Source: Octopus bimaculoides (taxonomy: Eukaryota). From it: a DNA stretch of 32,446 bases. The stretch spans positions 32,316,358 through 32,348,803 of the forward strand of contig NC_068993.1 of the NCBI RefSeq assembly GCF_001194135.2, given 5' to 3'. The position numbers were made by a program, and so were the translations under genes. The notes under the pieces were generated by a model. It saw only the letters and a list, made by a program, of their open reading frames with translations, was not told where the DNA came from and did not search any database. Of the stretch, positions 10,790 through 21,852 are shown one piece after another (position 1 is the stretch's first letter; each line of letters starts with the position of its first letter).

Positions 10790-11126
10790 GTTAACGATGC
10801 ACAGCTGCATCCGAGATATTGCGAGCAGGGGAACGGACCCCTGCCACCTTCTAGCGATGGTACCAGCAGACCGGCCTTGATCTCTTAGAGAGATTTTAAA
10901 ACTAGCATTTTTGCTTGTTGCAAAATCAGCGACTGTATGTCACCTGGAATTTTATATATTGCGAGCAGAAGCAAGCTACTGCTATCTCTAGCAGACGAGG
11001 TGTCCAGTACTGAAGAGAAACTGAAATAGCCCGAAACCAAGCTGGTCTGCTGATTCCGTCACTAGAAGGTGGTAGGGGTTCGCTTCCTTGCTCACAATAT
11101 CTCGGATGCAGCTGTACATCGTTAAC
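10790..11126. mobile_element. Inverted-repeat element (83-bp arms, GTTAAC at both ends) containing a hammerhead motif
   Basis: 10790-10872 matches the reverse complement of 11044-11126 at 72/83. Internal direct repeat ATATTGCGAGCAG at 10816 and 10956. TTAA at 10791-10794 and 11122-11125. Confidence 0.75.
11005..11052 (+). ncRNA. Type I hammerhead ribozyme-like motif, intact core
   Basis: Helix I CAGUA / UGCUG; CUGAAGA (11010-11016); helix II closed by G11017-C11032 with CU/AG and a GAAAU loop but A.C mismatches; GAAA (11033-11036); helix III ACCA / UGGU with an AGC loop; GUC triplet (11045-11047). Confidence 0.65.
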
Positions 11127-11560
11127 CAGTAATAGCAAGGTCGCCATTGTGCTGCAACTTCGCAAGAATAAGATTCAGGGGAATGTTTTTCCAGTTCCAC
11201 CGGGTGCGTCTAAGAAGATGATTCCACCAGTGTGTGTGTAGATGTTTCCGAGGACGAAATTGTATACGTCAGCTTGATCAGAATTCAGAAGGGGCTCGTT
11301 GTCAGCAGTGTACTGTTTGAGTTTGTGGGTCTTGTATGATGTTTCTCTGAGAATGAGGCGATTGGGACAGGCGTTTTCATTTCTGTCTGGTGTATTGAGA
11401 GAATAAGCGTCCAATCGCTGACCTCCAATTGCCATAACCAAGTCTTCCAAGTGAAGAACCCCTCCGTTTTAAATAGCAGGAGTAATAGGAGTGTTAACGT
11501 TTATGTAGGGATACAAATGTAAGGGAGACAATCAATTTCTGAATGTTACTTCGCAAAAAA
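11127..11560 (-). pseudogene. Helitron RepHel fragment (start of the PIF1-like helicase)
   Basis: LEDLVMAIGGQRL...LRETSY...NEPLLNSDQADVYNFVL..GGIIFLDAPGGTGKTF (Walker A), then after a frameshift LNLILAKLQHNGDLAIT; it stops where VASSGIAA is expected. Confidence 0.85.
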
Positions 11561-12145
11561 TTACCTCCTTTGTCCAGTCCACAATAGCCTCTAACCCAGA
11601 AGCCCCATTACTCCATATTACTCCATAAATGAAAAATCTGATGAGTGTAGTGCCATCTGAGGAACAAAAGCGATGTATGTGCCAAGCGTGAACGAATTCA
11701 GATGAAAAACATTGATTTTAAGTGGGATCAAGTAAATGGCCTGTCACATATGCACACACACACACACATCTTCCGACTTACATATTATAGATGGAAAACT
11801 ATTATTTATATCTTTATATGTAGATCGAGAACCAATTCTCAAAATCAATTATTCCACATTCTCTCGAAAGTCTATAAATTCTGATGACGTCAACAACAAA
11901 CCTATATATTTGTAAACACGGCAATGAAATATGCCTTTTATCATATTCTTCCCATGGCTTCGTCTAGAGGAGTCAAAGGATGTTGTGTTATTCCATACAT
12001 CAACGACATAATAGGTTTTTATTATGAATGAACCTGATTACGACTAAGCCATGGCTCTTAAACTGTACTCTGCATTTTGTAATCCATGTAAATGTACGTA
12101 TTAAGTGTACTTGTGTTTAGCTGCATTTCTAACCACACACACAAG

Positions 12146-12333
12146 TCTTTATTTTTTATCTTTTATCTGTTCAGTCATTAGATTGCAGCCAGGCTGGGGC
12201 ACAGTCTTGAAGAGTCTTAGCCGACCTTATCGAATCCACTTATTATTTTCATGTAAAGCTTGATACTATTCTATTTGCCAAACTGCTAAGTTACAGGGAC
12301 GTAAACACACCAGCATCTGTATATTTGAACTAT

Positions 12334-12386
<53 letters not shown>

Positions 12387-12546
12387 CGGGCTTGTTTCAG
12401 TTTCAGTCAGCCAAAACCACTCACAAAGCTTCGGTCAGTCCATGACTACAATAGAAGACACTTGCCCAAGGTATTATGCAGTAGGACTGAACCCGGAACT
12501 TTGTAATTGAGAAGCAAACTTCATTCCACACAGCCACGCCTGCGCC
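12146..12546 (-). mobile_element. Composite SINE A, complete (5' tRNA-like module, (GT)n, 3' module)
   Basis: Minus strand GGCGCAGGCGTGGCTGTGTGG...GGGTTCAGTCC...CTTGGGCAAGTGTCTTC...(GT)n...GGTGTGTTTACGTCCCTGTAACTTAGCAG...CCCCAGCCTGGCTGCAATCTAATGACTGAAC...AAAAGA. Confidence 0.85.
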
Positions 12547-12610
12547 TATGAATATAGTAAAATAAAATTTATATTTTGTGTCAAATTTTTCTTGAGCGCG
12601 AATCGAATAT

Positions 12611-12660
12611 AGACCACTGATGAGCTGAATTACAACGAAATATCGACATATATCTTTCTC
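12611..12660 (+). ncRNA. Possible hammerhead-like motif (core intact, helix I poor)
   Basis: CUGAUGA (12617-12623); helix II GCUG-AAUUA-CAAC (one mismatch); GAAA (12637-12640); helix III AUAU / AUAU with a CGAC loop; AUA triplet (12650-12652). Only 1 bp of proximal helix I. Confidence 0.35.
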
Positions 12661-14577
12661 GTTCACCTACGGGGCGATTCGCTTCGCGTGACTTTGAAGT
12701 ATACAGTGTTTTTCAACACACTACGACCTTAAGGGGTCTTTCCCTGGCTGAAATGTCGCATCCTAAAAGTTCTAAAATGTCGCATCCTAACGACATACAT
12801 ACATTAAGTATGTGACATCGATAACGTAAAAATATATGCAGACGTATGGAGGGAGAGACGACAGACAGACAGAGTTTAAAAGTGTGCTAGAAGACATGAT
12901 ATGACATCAGATACTCGGTCAAGCGCTTCACACTCCATTCTTATTTCACTCAACTATTATTTCATGCAGTATTTATGCTCTTAATACCGAGGAATCATGC
13001 CAATCGTTTAAGCAAACTTGTCAATCGGCCTATTGAAACGTGTGTCTGTTAAGCAAATCTGCGAAATACCAGTTACGTCTTCTGCGTTCCTTATTAATGT
13101 GTGTATGTGTGTGTGTGCGCGCGCATCCGCATGTGTATGTGCAATCATCCGTGTGTGTGGTGTGTTTATGTGTGTATGTATATGATTTAGTTGATGGTAG
13201 TGATACTGCTACTACTGTTGCTGCTGCTGCCGATGATGATGATGATGATGATGATGATGCTGATGATGATGATGATGATGATAGAAGAGATTGCTAAAGG
13301 TGCTGATGATGTTATTGATAACAATACTGTTATTACTATTCTCTAGACGCAACACCTTCCCGTTACCACTAACGTGTATGGGGGTGGGGCAAGGATGGAG
13401 TGAAACGGGAAGTCAACGAAGCATGACAACAGATAAAGAGATGATGTCAGCAATGTGGCAGCTTGTTAGCTGTGAAGCTCATCGAAGATATTTGTGATGA
13501 TGATGATGGTGATGGTGTAGTTCCACGTGTAGTTTTGGCGGCGGCGGCGGTGGTGGCGGTGGTAGTGGTGGTGGTCGTGGCGTTGGTCGTGGCGGCAGCG
13601 GCGGCAGCGGCGGCAGCGGNNNNNNNNNNNNNNNNNNNNNNNNNNNNNNNNNNNNNNNNNNNNNNNNNNNNNNNNNNNNNNNNNNNNNNNNNNNNNNNNN
13701 NNNNNNNNNNNNNNNNNNNNNNNNNNNNNNNNNNNNNNNNNNNNNNNNNNNNNNNNNNNNNNNNNNNNNNNNNNNNNNNNNNNNNNNNNNNNNNNNNNNN
13801 NNNNNNNNNNNNNNNNNNNNNNNNNNNNNNNNNNNNNNNNNNNNNNNNNNNNNNNNNNNNNNNNNNNNNNNNNNNNNNNNNNNNNNNNNNNNNNNNNNNN
13901 NNNNNNNNNNNNNNNNNNNNNNNNNNNNNNNNNNNNNNNNNNNNNNNNNNNNNNNNNNNNNNNNNNNNNNNNNNNNNNNNNNNNNNNNNNNNNNNNNNNN
14001 NNNNNNNNNNNNNNNNNNNNNNNNNNNNNNNNNNNNNNNNNNNNNNNNNNNNNNNNNNNNNNNNNNNNNNNNNNNNNNNNNNNNNNNNNNNNNNNNNNNN
14101 NNNNNNNNNNNNNNNNNNNNNNNNNNNNNNNNNNNNNNNNNNNNNNNNNNNNNNNNNNNNNNNNNNNNNNNNNNNNNNNNNNNNNNNNNNNNNNNNNNNN
14201 NNNNNNNNNNNNNNNNNNNNNNNNNNNNNNNNNNNNNNNNNNNNNNNNNNNNNNNNNNNNNNNNNNNNNNNNNNNNNNNNNNNNNNNNNNNNNNNNNNNN
14301 NNNNNNNNNNNNNNNNNNNNNNNNNNNNNNNNNNNNNNNNNNNNNNNNNNNNNNNNNNNNNTATATATATATATATATAAATTTATGTATGTGTATATGT
14401 GTATATATATAAATGTAAGTATGCATGCATGCACGCATGTATGTATGTATATATGCATATATGTATTATGCCTGCATGTATGCTTGCATGTATGCCTGTA
14501 TGTGTGTATGCATGTATGCGTGTATCTATATGTACGTATAACCCACTCAGCTTGCTTCGTTTTCTCATCAGTTGTCT

Positions 14578-14633
14578 ACCTGATGTCATAATTGTTTCGA
14601 CACCTTCCAACAGCCTTCGTCAGAGCCGAGTAG
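14578..14633 (-). ncRNA. Decayed hammerhead-like motif
   Basis: Minus strand CUGACGA (14623-14617), A-GGC...GUC helix II, GAAAC (14598-14594), then AAUUAUGAC. The NUH triplet is not intact and helix I is partly mismatched. Confidence 0.4.
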
Positions 14634-14729
14634 CATTGGTAGCTACCATGAAATGGCCAGCTTCTTTCACCCCACACTAACACACTTTCACTCCCTATAG
14701 CACACGTAACCCTCCTTCATACACACACT

Positions 14730-15010
14730 GACCACATCATAACCGTGTGCCCCTGTAACCTTTCCTGCCGTACAACATCTATCATTATCTATTGTGTATC
14801 TCTCCCTTTCTCGCATCATTGGTCTTTATCTGAAGCATCTTTGCCACATCCATTTCCTATTATCGTCGTCATTTCACAAATCACTGCCTCTCTCACATTC
14901 CTCCAAAGTGCATTTTGCAAGGGATGACACGTTGTACCGGAATATATCTCAACGATACATAATTTCTTCACTGTTAACAATCACCAATTTCACTCCTTTG
15001 ATCTCAATTA
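14730..15010 (+). pseudogene. Possible decayed GIY-YIG endonuclease remnant of a Penelope-like element
   Basis: NLSCRTTSIIIYCVS resembles the C.s.N.IYCI start of PLE GIY-YIG domains. Later RNISQRYIISSLLT and FHSFDLN resemble R...E...IF.L.T and L.P.GLN. The YIGET part is not visible. Confidence 0.3.
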
Positions 15011-15189
15011 CTGTAGTCCCAATATCTCCTTTACCACTGTAATACTTGCGGGAAATCCTTTTACTCTATGCTCGTCCCTCTTCTACTCATGTGTTCTACA
15101 CTGTACTTAACACCGCTTTTACTTTCAGGCTTCTCCCTAGACAAGACCAGTCCCTTTAACTACATTCGTTTCTGATTCAGGCATAATGT

Positions 15190-15280
15190 GGTTTAGTCGA
15201 TGTCATTGACACCATTTCTTAGACAGGTACTTTATCTTCTCGATCTTGAAAGACCAAAGGCAAAGTTGGTCTTAGAATGT
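15190..15280 (-). mobile_element. Old SINE B fragment
   Basis: GTCGATGTCATTGACACCA...GGTACTTTAT...GAAAGACCAAAGGCAAAGTTGG parallels 6865-6940. Confidence 0.5.
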
Positions 15281-15529
15281 AAAAATTTGGGACAAATACC
15301 ACAATGCATTTTTTTCACAAAAATGTTATATTTAAGTATTTGTATCATCTTAAATGGATGATACTGGGATGGATGACTGTGGTATTCTCTCCTCTTGGTA
15401 CCCTAAATAGAGATTTATTTTGTCTTTGTATGAGTTAGACCGAATCGGACATCCCTTGAGCTCGCAGGTATAACTCGATAAGAGGGTGTATGTATCTGCG
15501 CGTGTGCTTGTATGTGTGTGTGCATGTGG

Positions 15530-15530
<1 letters not shown>

Positions 15531-15610
<80 letters not shown>
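15531..15610. repeat. (GT)n microsatellite
   Basis: Direct reading. Confidence 0.95.
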
Positions 15611-15613
<3 letters not shown>

Positions 15614-15919
15614 ACTGGCGGTGTTAGTTCTTCCTCATGCAGTAAGTCATCTGTTGCAATGTCATCCTGCCACTCACACCTCCGACCCACACCACCACTA
15701 CCAACAGTTACAGAGCCCTTGTATAGGCTATTGCTCCTTTTCGGACCCTAAGAACTTGAGGGAATCAGTTCTTTCAGGGAGAACACCAACAGATTTCGAA
15801 GATTTTGTCCAGAACAAAGAAGAGAATTTCGGTTTGAAATAATTTGCAAAGACAGGCAATAAATTTACTAATTCTATATCATATTAAACACACTGCATAA
15901 ACACATCCACCCACACAAC

Positions 15920-15955
<36 letters not shown>

Positions 15956-16123
15956 CATACACAGTGCACATATACACACTAAATAGTCATACACACATAT
16001 ATTTTACATATACATACATATTACATATACATACATATTACATATACACACAGAGTGCATATATACATAACATAGACAGTACATAAGCAAGTACCTAAAT
16101 ACATACGTATCTGTATGCACATA

Positions 16124-16166
<43 letters not shown>

Positions 16167-16182
16167 CACGCACACGCGCACA

Positions 16183-16220
<38 letters not shown>

Positions 16221-16649
16221 GCACACATACCTATGAGACACACAGTCACATACGCACATATATTCACGAAATACAGTTCTGTGCATGTAAACATGTGTGT
16301 GTGTATCGTAAGAGCACAACCAACATCATGATAGAAGTGAGTTGAAGCACACAAATACACACACACATACACACTCACACACAAACACACACATACACAT
16401 ATACGCATACACATACACACATCCACATACACATACACATGCACGCATATGTATGCGCGCGCGCCCGCAAATATGGCACTAAAACCGTTATTGATTACAA
16501 AGCATCATCAATCTGAAATACAAATGTTAAGACATGTATCTGACAGTGGTGGTCACGAGTGGCGGTGATAATAGTGAGGGTGTGTTGAGGCGGTGGTGGA
16601 TGGGGTTCCATGGTAGTACATATTGTAGTGGAAGTGTGTTAGTGGTGGC

Positions 16650-17205
16650 GGTGCATGTTGTGGTGGTGGTGGTGGCAGCGGCGGTGGCGGCGGCGGTGGT
16701 GGTGGTGGTGGTAGCGGTGGTGGTGGTAGTGGTGGTAGTGGTTATGGTTGTGGTGGTGGTGGNNNNNNNNNNNNNNNNNNNNNNNNNNNNNNNNNNNNNN
16801 NNNNNNNNNNNNNNNNNNNNNNNNNNNNNNNNNNNNNNNNNNNNNNNNNNNNNNNNNNNNNNNNNNNNNNNNNNNNNNNNNNNNNNNNNNNNNNNNNNNN
16901 NNNNNNNNNNNNNNNNNNNNNNNNNNNNNNNNNNNNNNNNNNNNNNNNNNNNNNNNNNNNNNNNNNNNNNNNNNNNNNNNNNNNNNNNNNNNNNNNNGGT
17001 GGAGGTTGTGTGGTGGTTGTGGTGGTGGTAGTGGTGGATTTGCCGGTTATGGTGGTGGTGTTGGTGGTGGTGCTGGTGCTGGTGGTAATAGTGGAAGTGG
17101 TTGTAGTTGTGGTGGTGGTGGTGGTGGTGGTAGTGATGGCTGTGATGGTAGTGATGGTGGCTGTGGTAGTATTTGCGGTGGTAGTGCTGGTAGTAGTAGT
17201 AATGT
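16650..17205. repeat. (GGT/GGC/AGT)n trinucleotide-rich tract spanning an N gap
   Basis: Direct reading; gives poly-V, poly-G and poly-T ORFs in several frames. Confidence 0.9.
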
Positions 17206-18165
17206 TGGTGCTGAAGGGCTTCGATTGAGATAATTTGATTTGATAAACGTTCGACTCGACGTTGCTGTTATAACATTTATAATAGACTTCAAAACACACA
17301 CACAAACACACACACATTCATTCATGCACACGTATAATACATACATACATACACACATACATGCATACATACATACATACATACATACATACATACATAC
17401 ATACATACATACGTACGTACGTACATATCAAACACGCTCATACTATTTTCCACACGAAACACATACACATAGACACGCCTACATATATTCACACAGATGC
17501 ATGCACTCATACACTTATAGACCTACATACACACACATAAACACACACACTAACATATACATACGCACATACTGATGTAAGGTTTGATAAAGCCGTGTTT
17601 GGAGGCGAAATCTTTCATTAAAAAGTATTTCATTGATCCACAGATCTCACACTTTAACACAGTTTTTGCTATCTCTCTTGGGAGAAACAATTATTTGCAC
17701 TATTTTAGGGAGAAGTTATAACCGCACACTGCATCCGTAACAAAGGTTCGATTCCCAGTACAGTCATTTCCATTTTACTTAACTCCTCGTACCAACAATT
17801 TCCTTGACTGTGCTCTGATAAATAGCTTCAAATGGCTCTGATTTGTATCGCAAAACAGCTGCTGCCTCCTATGATTACATTCTATTCACAAGAATTATAA
17901 CAGTACATCTGTGAAATTGGTAGAGCGTGGAATAAAATATCTTGTGGTAGTTAGTTACATCCCTTTCTGTTCCAAGTTCATATTCTTGCCACATTAACTT
18001 TACTTTTCCTCCGATTAAAAATGGTAAAATAAGTACCAGACAGAGTCTCATGATCGATATAATCAAATATATACGTTTCAAGATGGAGTTCCAGCATGAG
18101 GGCAATTAACTGACCAACAACAGAATAAACACACATATACACATGTGCTTAACCATTTTCTCACA

Positions 18166-18216
18166 CCGTCTCCGATGAAGGGATATATAAAATATCTCGG
18201 AAACAGCTGTAATACC
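18166..18216 (+). ncRNA. Minimal hammerhead-like motif with one core substitution
   Basis: CCGAUGA (18172-18178, U4 to C); helix II GGGAUAU-AUAAA-AUAUCUC (7 bp); GAAA (18200-18203); C-AGCU-GUA (palindromic loop, GUA at 18209-18211); helix I GUCU / AUAC with one mismatch. Confidence 0.55.
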
Positions 18217-18275
18217 TTCTATTTATGAATGTTCTAAAATCTTTCATAGCCTTGGATTTTTATCTCATTCAGAAA

Positions 18276-18435
18276 ATGATTTTATTCTATGTATTCTCCT
18301 CTCAGATTCACATACTTATTGCAGCCAGCGGTCCTTCAGTTTTTCAAAGCCCCGTAAAAAATTCGGATGGCTGGGCCTCCAACTAGGCTTTTCGCGAGAC
18401 CATTAAAGCCAGGAATTTTTCAGCAACTCTTCCTA
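18276..18435 (-). mobile_element. Internally deleted mariner fragment
   Basis: Minus strand starts TA-GGAAGAGTTGCTGAAAAATTCCTGGCTTT (mariner-like TIR) and within about 100 bp reaches KLKDRW-NKYVNLRGEYIE*, a mariner C-terminus (stop 18282-18284). Confidence 0.6.
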
Positions 18436-20223
18436 TAATATGTATGTGTATATGTCTGTATATNNNNNNNNNNNNNNNNNNNNNNNNNNNNNNNNNNNNN
18501 NNNNNNNNNNNNNNNNNNNNNNNNNNNNNNNNNNNNNNNNNNNNNNNNNNNNNNNNNNNNNNNNNNNNNNNNNNNNNNNNNNNNNNNNNNNNNNNNNNNN
18601 NNNNNNNNNNNNNNNNNNNNNNNNNNNNNNNNNNNNNNNNNNNNNNNNNNNNNNNNNNNNNNNNNNNNNNNNNNNNNNNNNNNNNNNNNNNNNNNNNNNN
18701 NNNNNNNNNNNNNNNNNNNNNNNNNNNNNNNNNNNNNNNNNNNNNNNNNNNNNNNNNNNNNNNNNNNNNNNNNNNNNNNNNNNNNNNNNNNNNNNNNNNN
18801 NNNNNNNNNNNNNNNNNNNNNNNNNNNNNNNNNNNNNNNNNNNNNNNNNNNNNNNNNNNNNNNNNNNNNNNNNNNNNNNNNNNNNNNNNNNNNNNNNNNN
18901 NNNNNNNNNNNNNNNNNNNNNNNNNNNNNNNNNNNNNNNNNNNNNNNNNNNNNNNNNNNNNNNNNNNNNNNNNNNNNNNNNNNNNNNNNNNNNNNNNNNN
19001 NNNNNNNNNNNNNNNNNNNNNNNNNNNNNNNNNNNNNNNNNNNNNNNNNNNNNNNNNNNNNNNNNNNNNNNNNNNNNNNNNNNNATATATATATATATAT
19101 ATATAATTCGACATTAAATTTCACACACTGGAAGTTGATAAAACGATTAATATACGTTACTGAGAAACCGAACATTTAAGCTGAGAGATTTATCACTTAA
19201 ACTTTATCAATGACCCATACTCTTTGACACTTGGTCATTGCTTAAGTTCGATATCGTGTCAAAGGTCAACTTCTTTCTGTTTCTCACTGAACGATATTTT
19301 GTGGATGTTACTGTAGTTATTGCTTTTTCTTTCAAAATGACCAACGAACAACACTGATTAAAATAATGACCCCAATATTGTCAAATTCTGCATATTGATG
19401 TGTAAAATCTCACACACTTCGCTGAATGGTCACGGTAACATTACTTGTCCATTCCCCATCAATTCTTTCCTTGTGTTTGTTGCTTTTATCTTTGTTTCAA
19501 GATGGATGACTTTCCTTTAACTTGAAAATATTCGCCACAAACAAATGTTGTGTGAAATTTGATCGGAAACTATCATGTTTCCTTTCTCCTTTGTATCATC
19601 TTAATCTCCCCTGGGTGATAAAAAGTCACCATCACTAAGTTACACGATTAGCACCGTTACACAGTTGTTACCAGTTTACTACAATATGGCGGTCCTTGAC
19701 TATTTTTTTTAAATTTGTGTTTTGTTTTATAAAGCTATTTTTTAAAAATAAATATAAATATTCTTTTGTTATATTTATTACAGAGAAACATCCAGAAATA
19801 TGTGAGCAGCGTTGTTCGAGGTCGTACGTGACAGACGTTCCGACAAACGGCCCACCATCTTGGATTTCGTTCAGGGACCAACTGACTGCTCTGTTTAGAT
19901 ATCTCCGTCTAATTATATATATCAATATGTCCTGACTGATGTTGCCAATTAATGTAATCTTTAGTCAGTTAATGTAATCTTTAGTCAACTTCAGTCAAAT
20001 CAGATTTGAAAAATGTCAACTGAATTGGAAACAAGAAATCTAATTAGAATAAGAATACAAAAACTGGGCTTGATATATATGAGATTTCATACATACATAC
20101 ATACATACATACATACATACATTAAAACAGAGAGTGAAAGAGAGAGAGAGAGAGAGTAAGAGAGATAGATAGATACACATGTAAACATATATGCTGCATA
20201 TGTACGTATGTGTATCTATTATA

Positions 20224-20543
20224 GGCGCAGGCGTGGCTGTGTGGTAGGAAGTCTACTTTCCAACTACACGGTTCTGGGTTCAGTCCCACTGCGTGGCAAT
20301 TTGGGTAAGTGACTTCAGCTATAGACACAGCCTGACCAAAACTTTGTGAGTGGATTTGGTAAATGCCCGAGGAAGAATATACATACAATGGAGGCATACT
20401 CAAGATTCATAGATATAAATAATATTTAATATCCTATGAATGTGAAAATATCCTCACAAATGAACATGTGGGATGCTGAAACGTATGTCGCAATACATGA
20501 ATAAAGCCTAAAAATTTCCATCCACAATTCATTTTCGTTAATA

Positions 20544-20608
<65 letters not shown>

Positions 20609-20880
20609 GGTGCGTGTGTGCGTGCGTGCGTGCGTGTGTCTGTGTGTATAGGTGTGTGTGTCTGCGTGCGTTTGTGTGTGTCTGTGTCTCTGTTTGTCCT
20701 CCACCACCACTTGATAACCGGTGTTGGTGTGTTTACATCCCCGTTCGGCCGAAAAGAAAAAGATAGAATAAGTACCAGGATTAACAAAAAAAAGAACTGG
20801 GTTCGACTAAAAATTCTTTAAGGCGATGCCCCAGCATGACCGCAGTCTAATGACTGAAACAAGTAGAAAATAAAAGACAA
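20224..20880 (+). mobile_element. Composite SINE A with expanded or interrupted middle and (GT)n
   Basis: 5' module GGCGCAGGCGTGGCTGTGTGGTAGG at 20224-20362; GT tract at 20546-20690; 3' module GGTGTGTTTACATCCCCG...AATAAGTACCAGG...CCCCAGCATGACCGCAGTCTAATGACTGAAACAAGT. Confidence 0.8.
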
Positions 20881-20991
20881 AAGTTGTGTGTGTGCGTGCC
20901 AGATGATGTGAAGTTAAAGTATAATAGAAGAACAAAAACAGGTGTTTTGCAGTAGAGGCGATACATGGCTACTCCAGTTGGAAAAAAGGAG

Positions 20992-21053
<62 letters not shown>

Positions 21054-21794
21054 TGTGTGTGTGTGAATATATATATANNNNNNNNNNNNNNNNNNNNNNN
21101 NNNNNNNNNNNNNNNNNNNNNNNNNNNNNNNNNNNNNNNNNNNNNNNNNNNNNNNNNNNNNNNNNNNNNNNNNNNNNNNNNNNNNNNNNNNNNNNNNNNN
21201 NNNNNNNNNNNNNNNNNNNNNNNNNNNNNNNNNNNNNNNNNNNNNNNNNNNNNNNNNNNNNNNNNNNNNNNNNNNNNNNNNNNNNNNNNNNNNNNNNNNN
21301 NNNNNNNNNNNNNNNNNNNNNNNNNNNNNNNNNNNNNNNNNNNNNNNNNNNNNNNNNNNNNNNNNNNNNNNNNNNNNNNNNNNNNNNNNNNNNNNNNNNN
21401 NNNNNNNNNNNNNNNNNNNNNNNNNNNNNNNNNNNNNNNNNNNNNNNNNNNNNNNNNNNNNNNNNNNNNNNNNNNNNNNNNNNNNNNNNNNNNNNNNNNN
21501 NNNNNNNNNNNNNNNNNNNNNNNNNNNNNNNNNNNNNNNNNNNNNNNNNNNNNNNNNNNNNNNNNNNNNNNNNNNNNNNNNNNNNNNNNNNNNNNNNNNN
21601 NNNNNNNNNNNNNNNNNNNNNNNNNNNNNNNNNNNNNNNNNNNNNNNNNNNNNNNNNNNNNNNNNNNNNNNNNNNNNNNNNNNNNNNNNNNNNNNNNNNN
21701 NNNNNNNNNNNNNNNNNNNNNNNNNNNNNNNNNNNNNNNNNNNNNNNNNNNNNNNNNNNNNNNNNNNNNNNNNNNNNNNNNNNNNNNNNNNNNN

Positions 21795-21852
<58 letters not shown>

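Noticed and set aside
10838-10856. CTCF-like reading of CGCTAGAAGGTGGCAG in the hairpin arms
   Set aside because: Needs 2-3 extra nucleotides relative to the CTCF core; better explained as the ribozyme element's helix I arm.
11638-11935. CTGATGA at 11638 and 11881, CTGAGGA near 11657
   Set aside because: No helix II closing onto GAAA and no helix III/NUH.
13356-13413. CTTCCCGTT / AACGGGAAG inverted pair
   Set aside because: Short, no TSD and no second copy in the window.
17583-17630. TTGATAA-A-GCC...GGC-GAAA hammerhead-like decay
   Set aside because: Two core changes and no helix I; not distinguishable from chance.
17740-17760. B-box-like GGTTCGATTCC
   Set aside because: No cloverleaf or clear A box; at most an old SINE fragment, not a tRNA gene.
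19110-19700. Unique-looking sequence with partial open frames on the minus strand
   Set aside because: All frames are interrupted and no motif is recognised.
19949-19987. 20-bp tandem duplication TTAATGTAATCTTTAGTCAG
   Set aside because: Two copies only; ordinary local duplication, not a CRISPR-like array.
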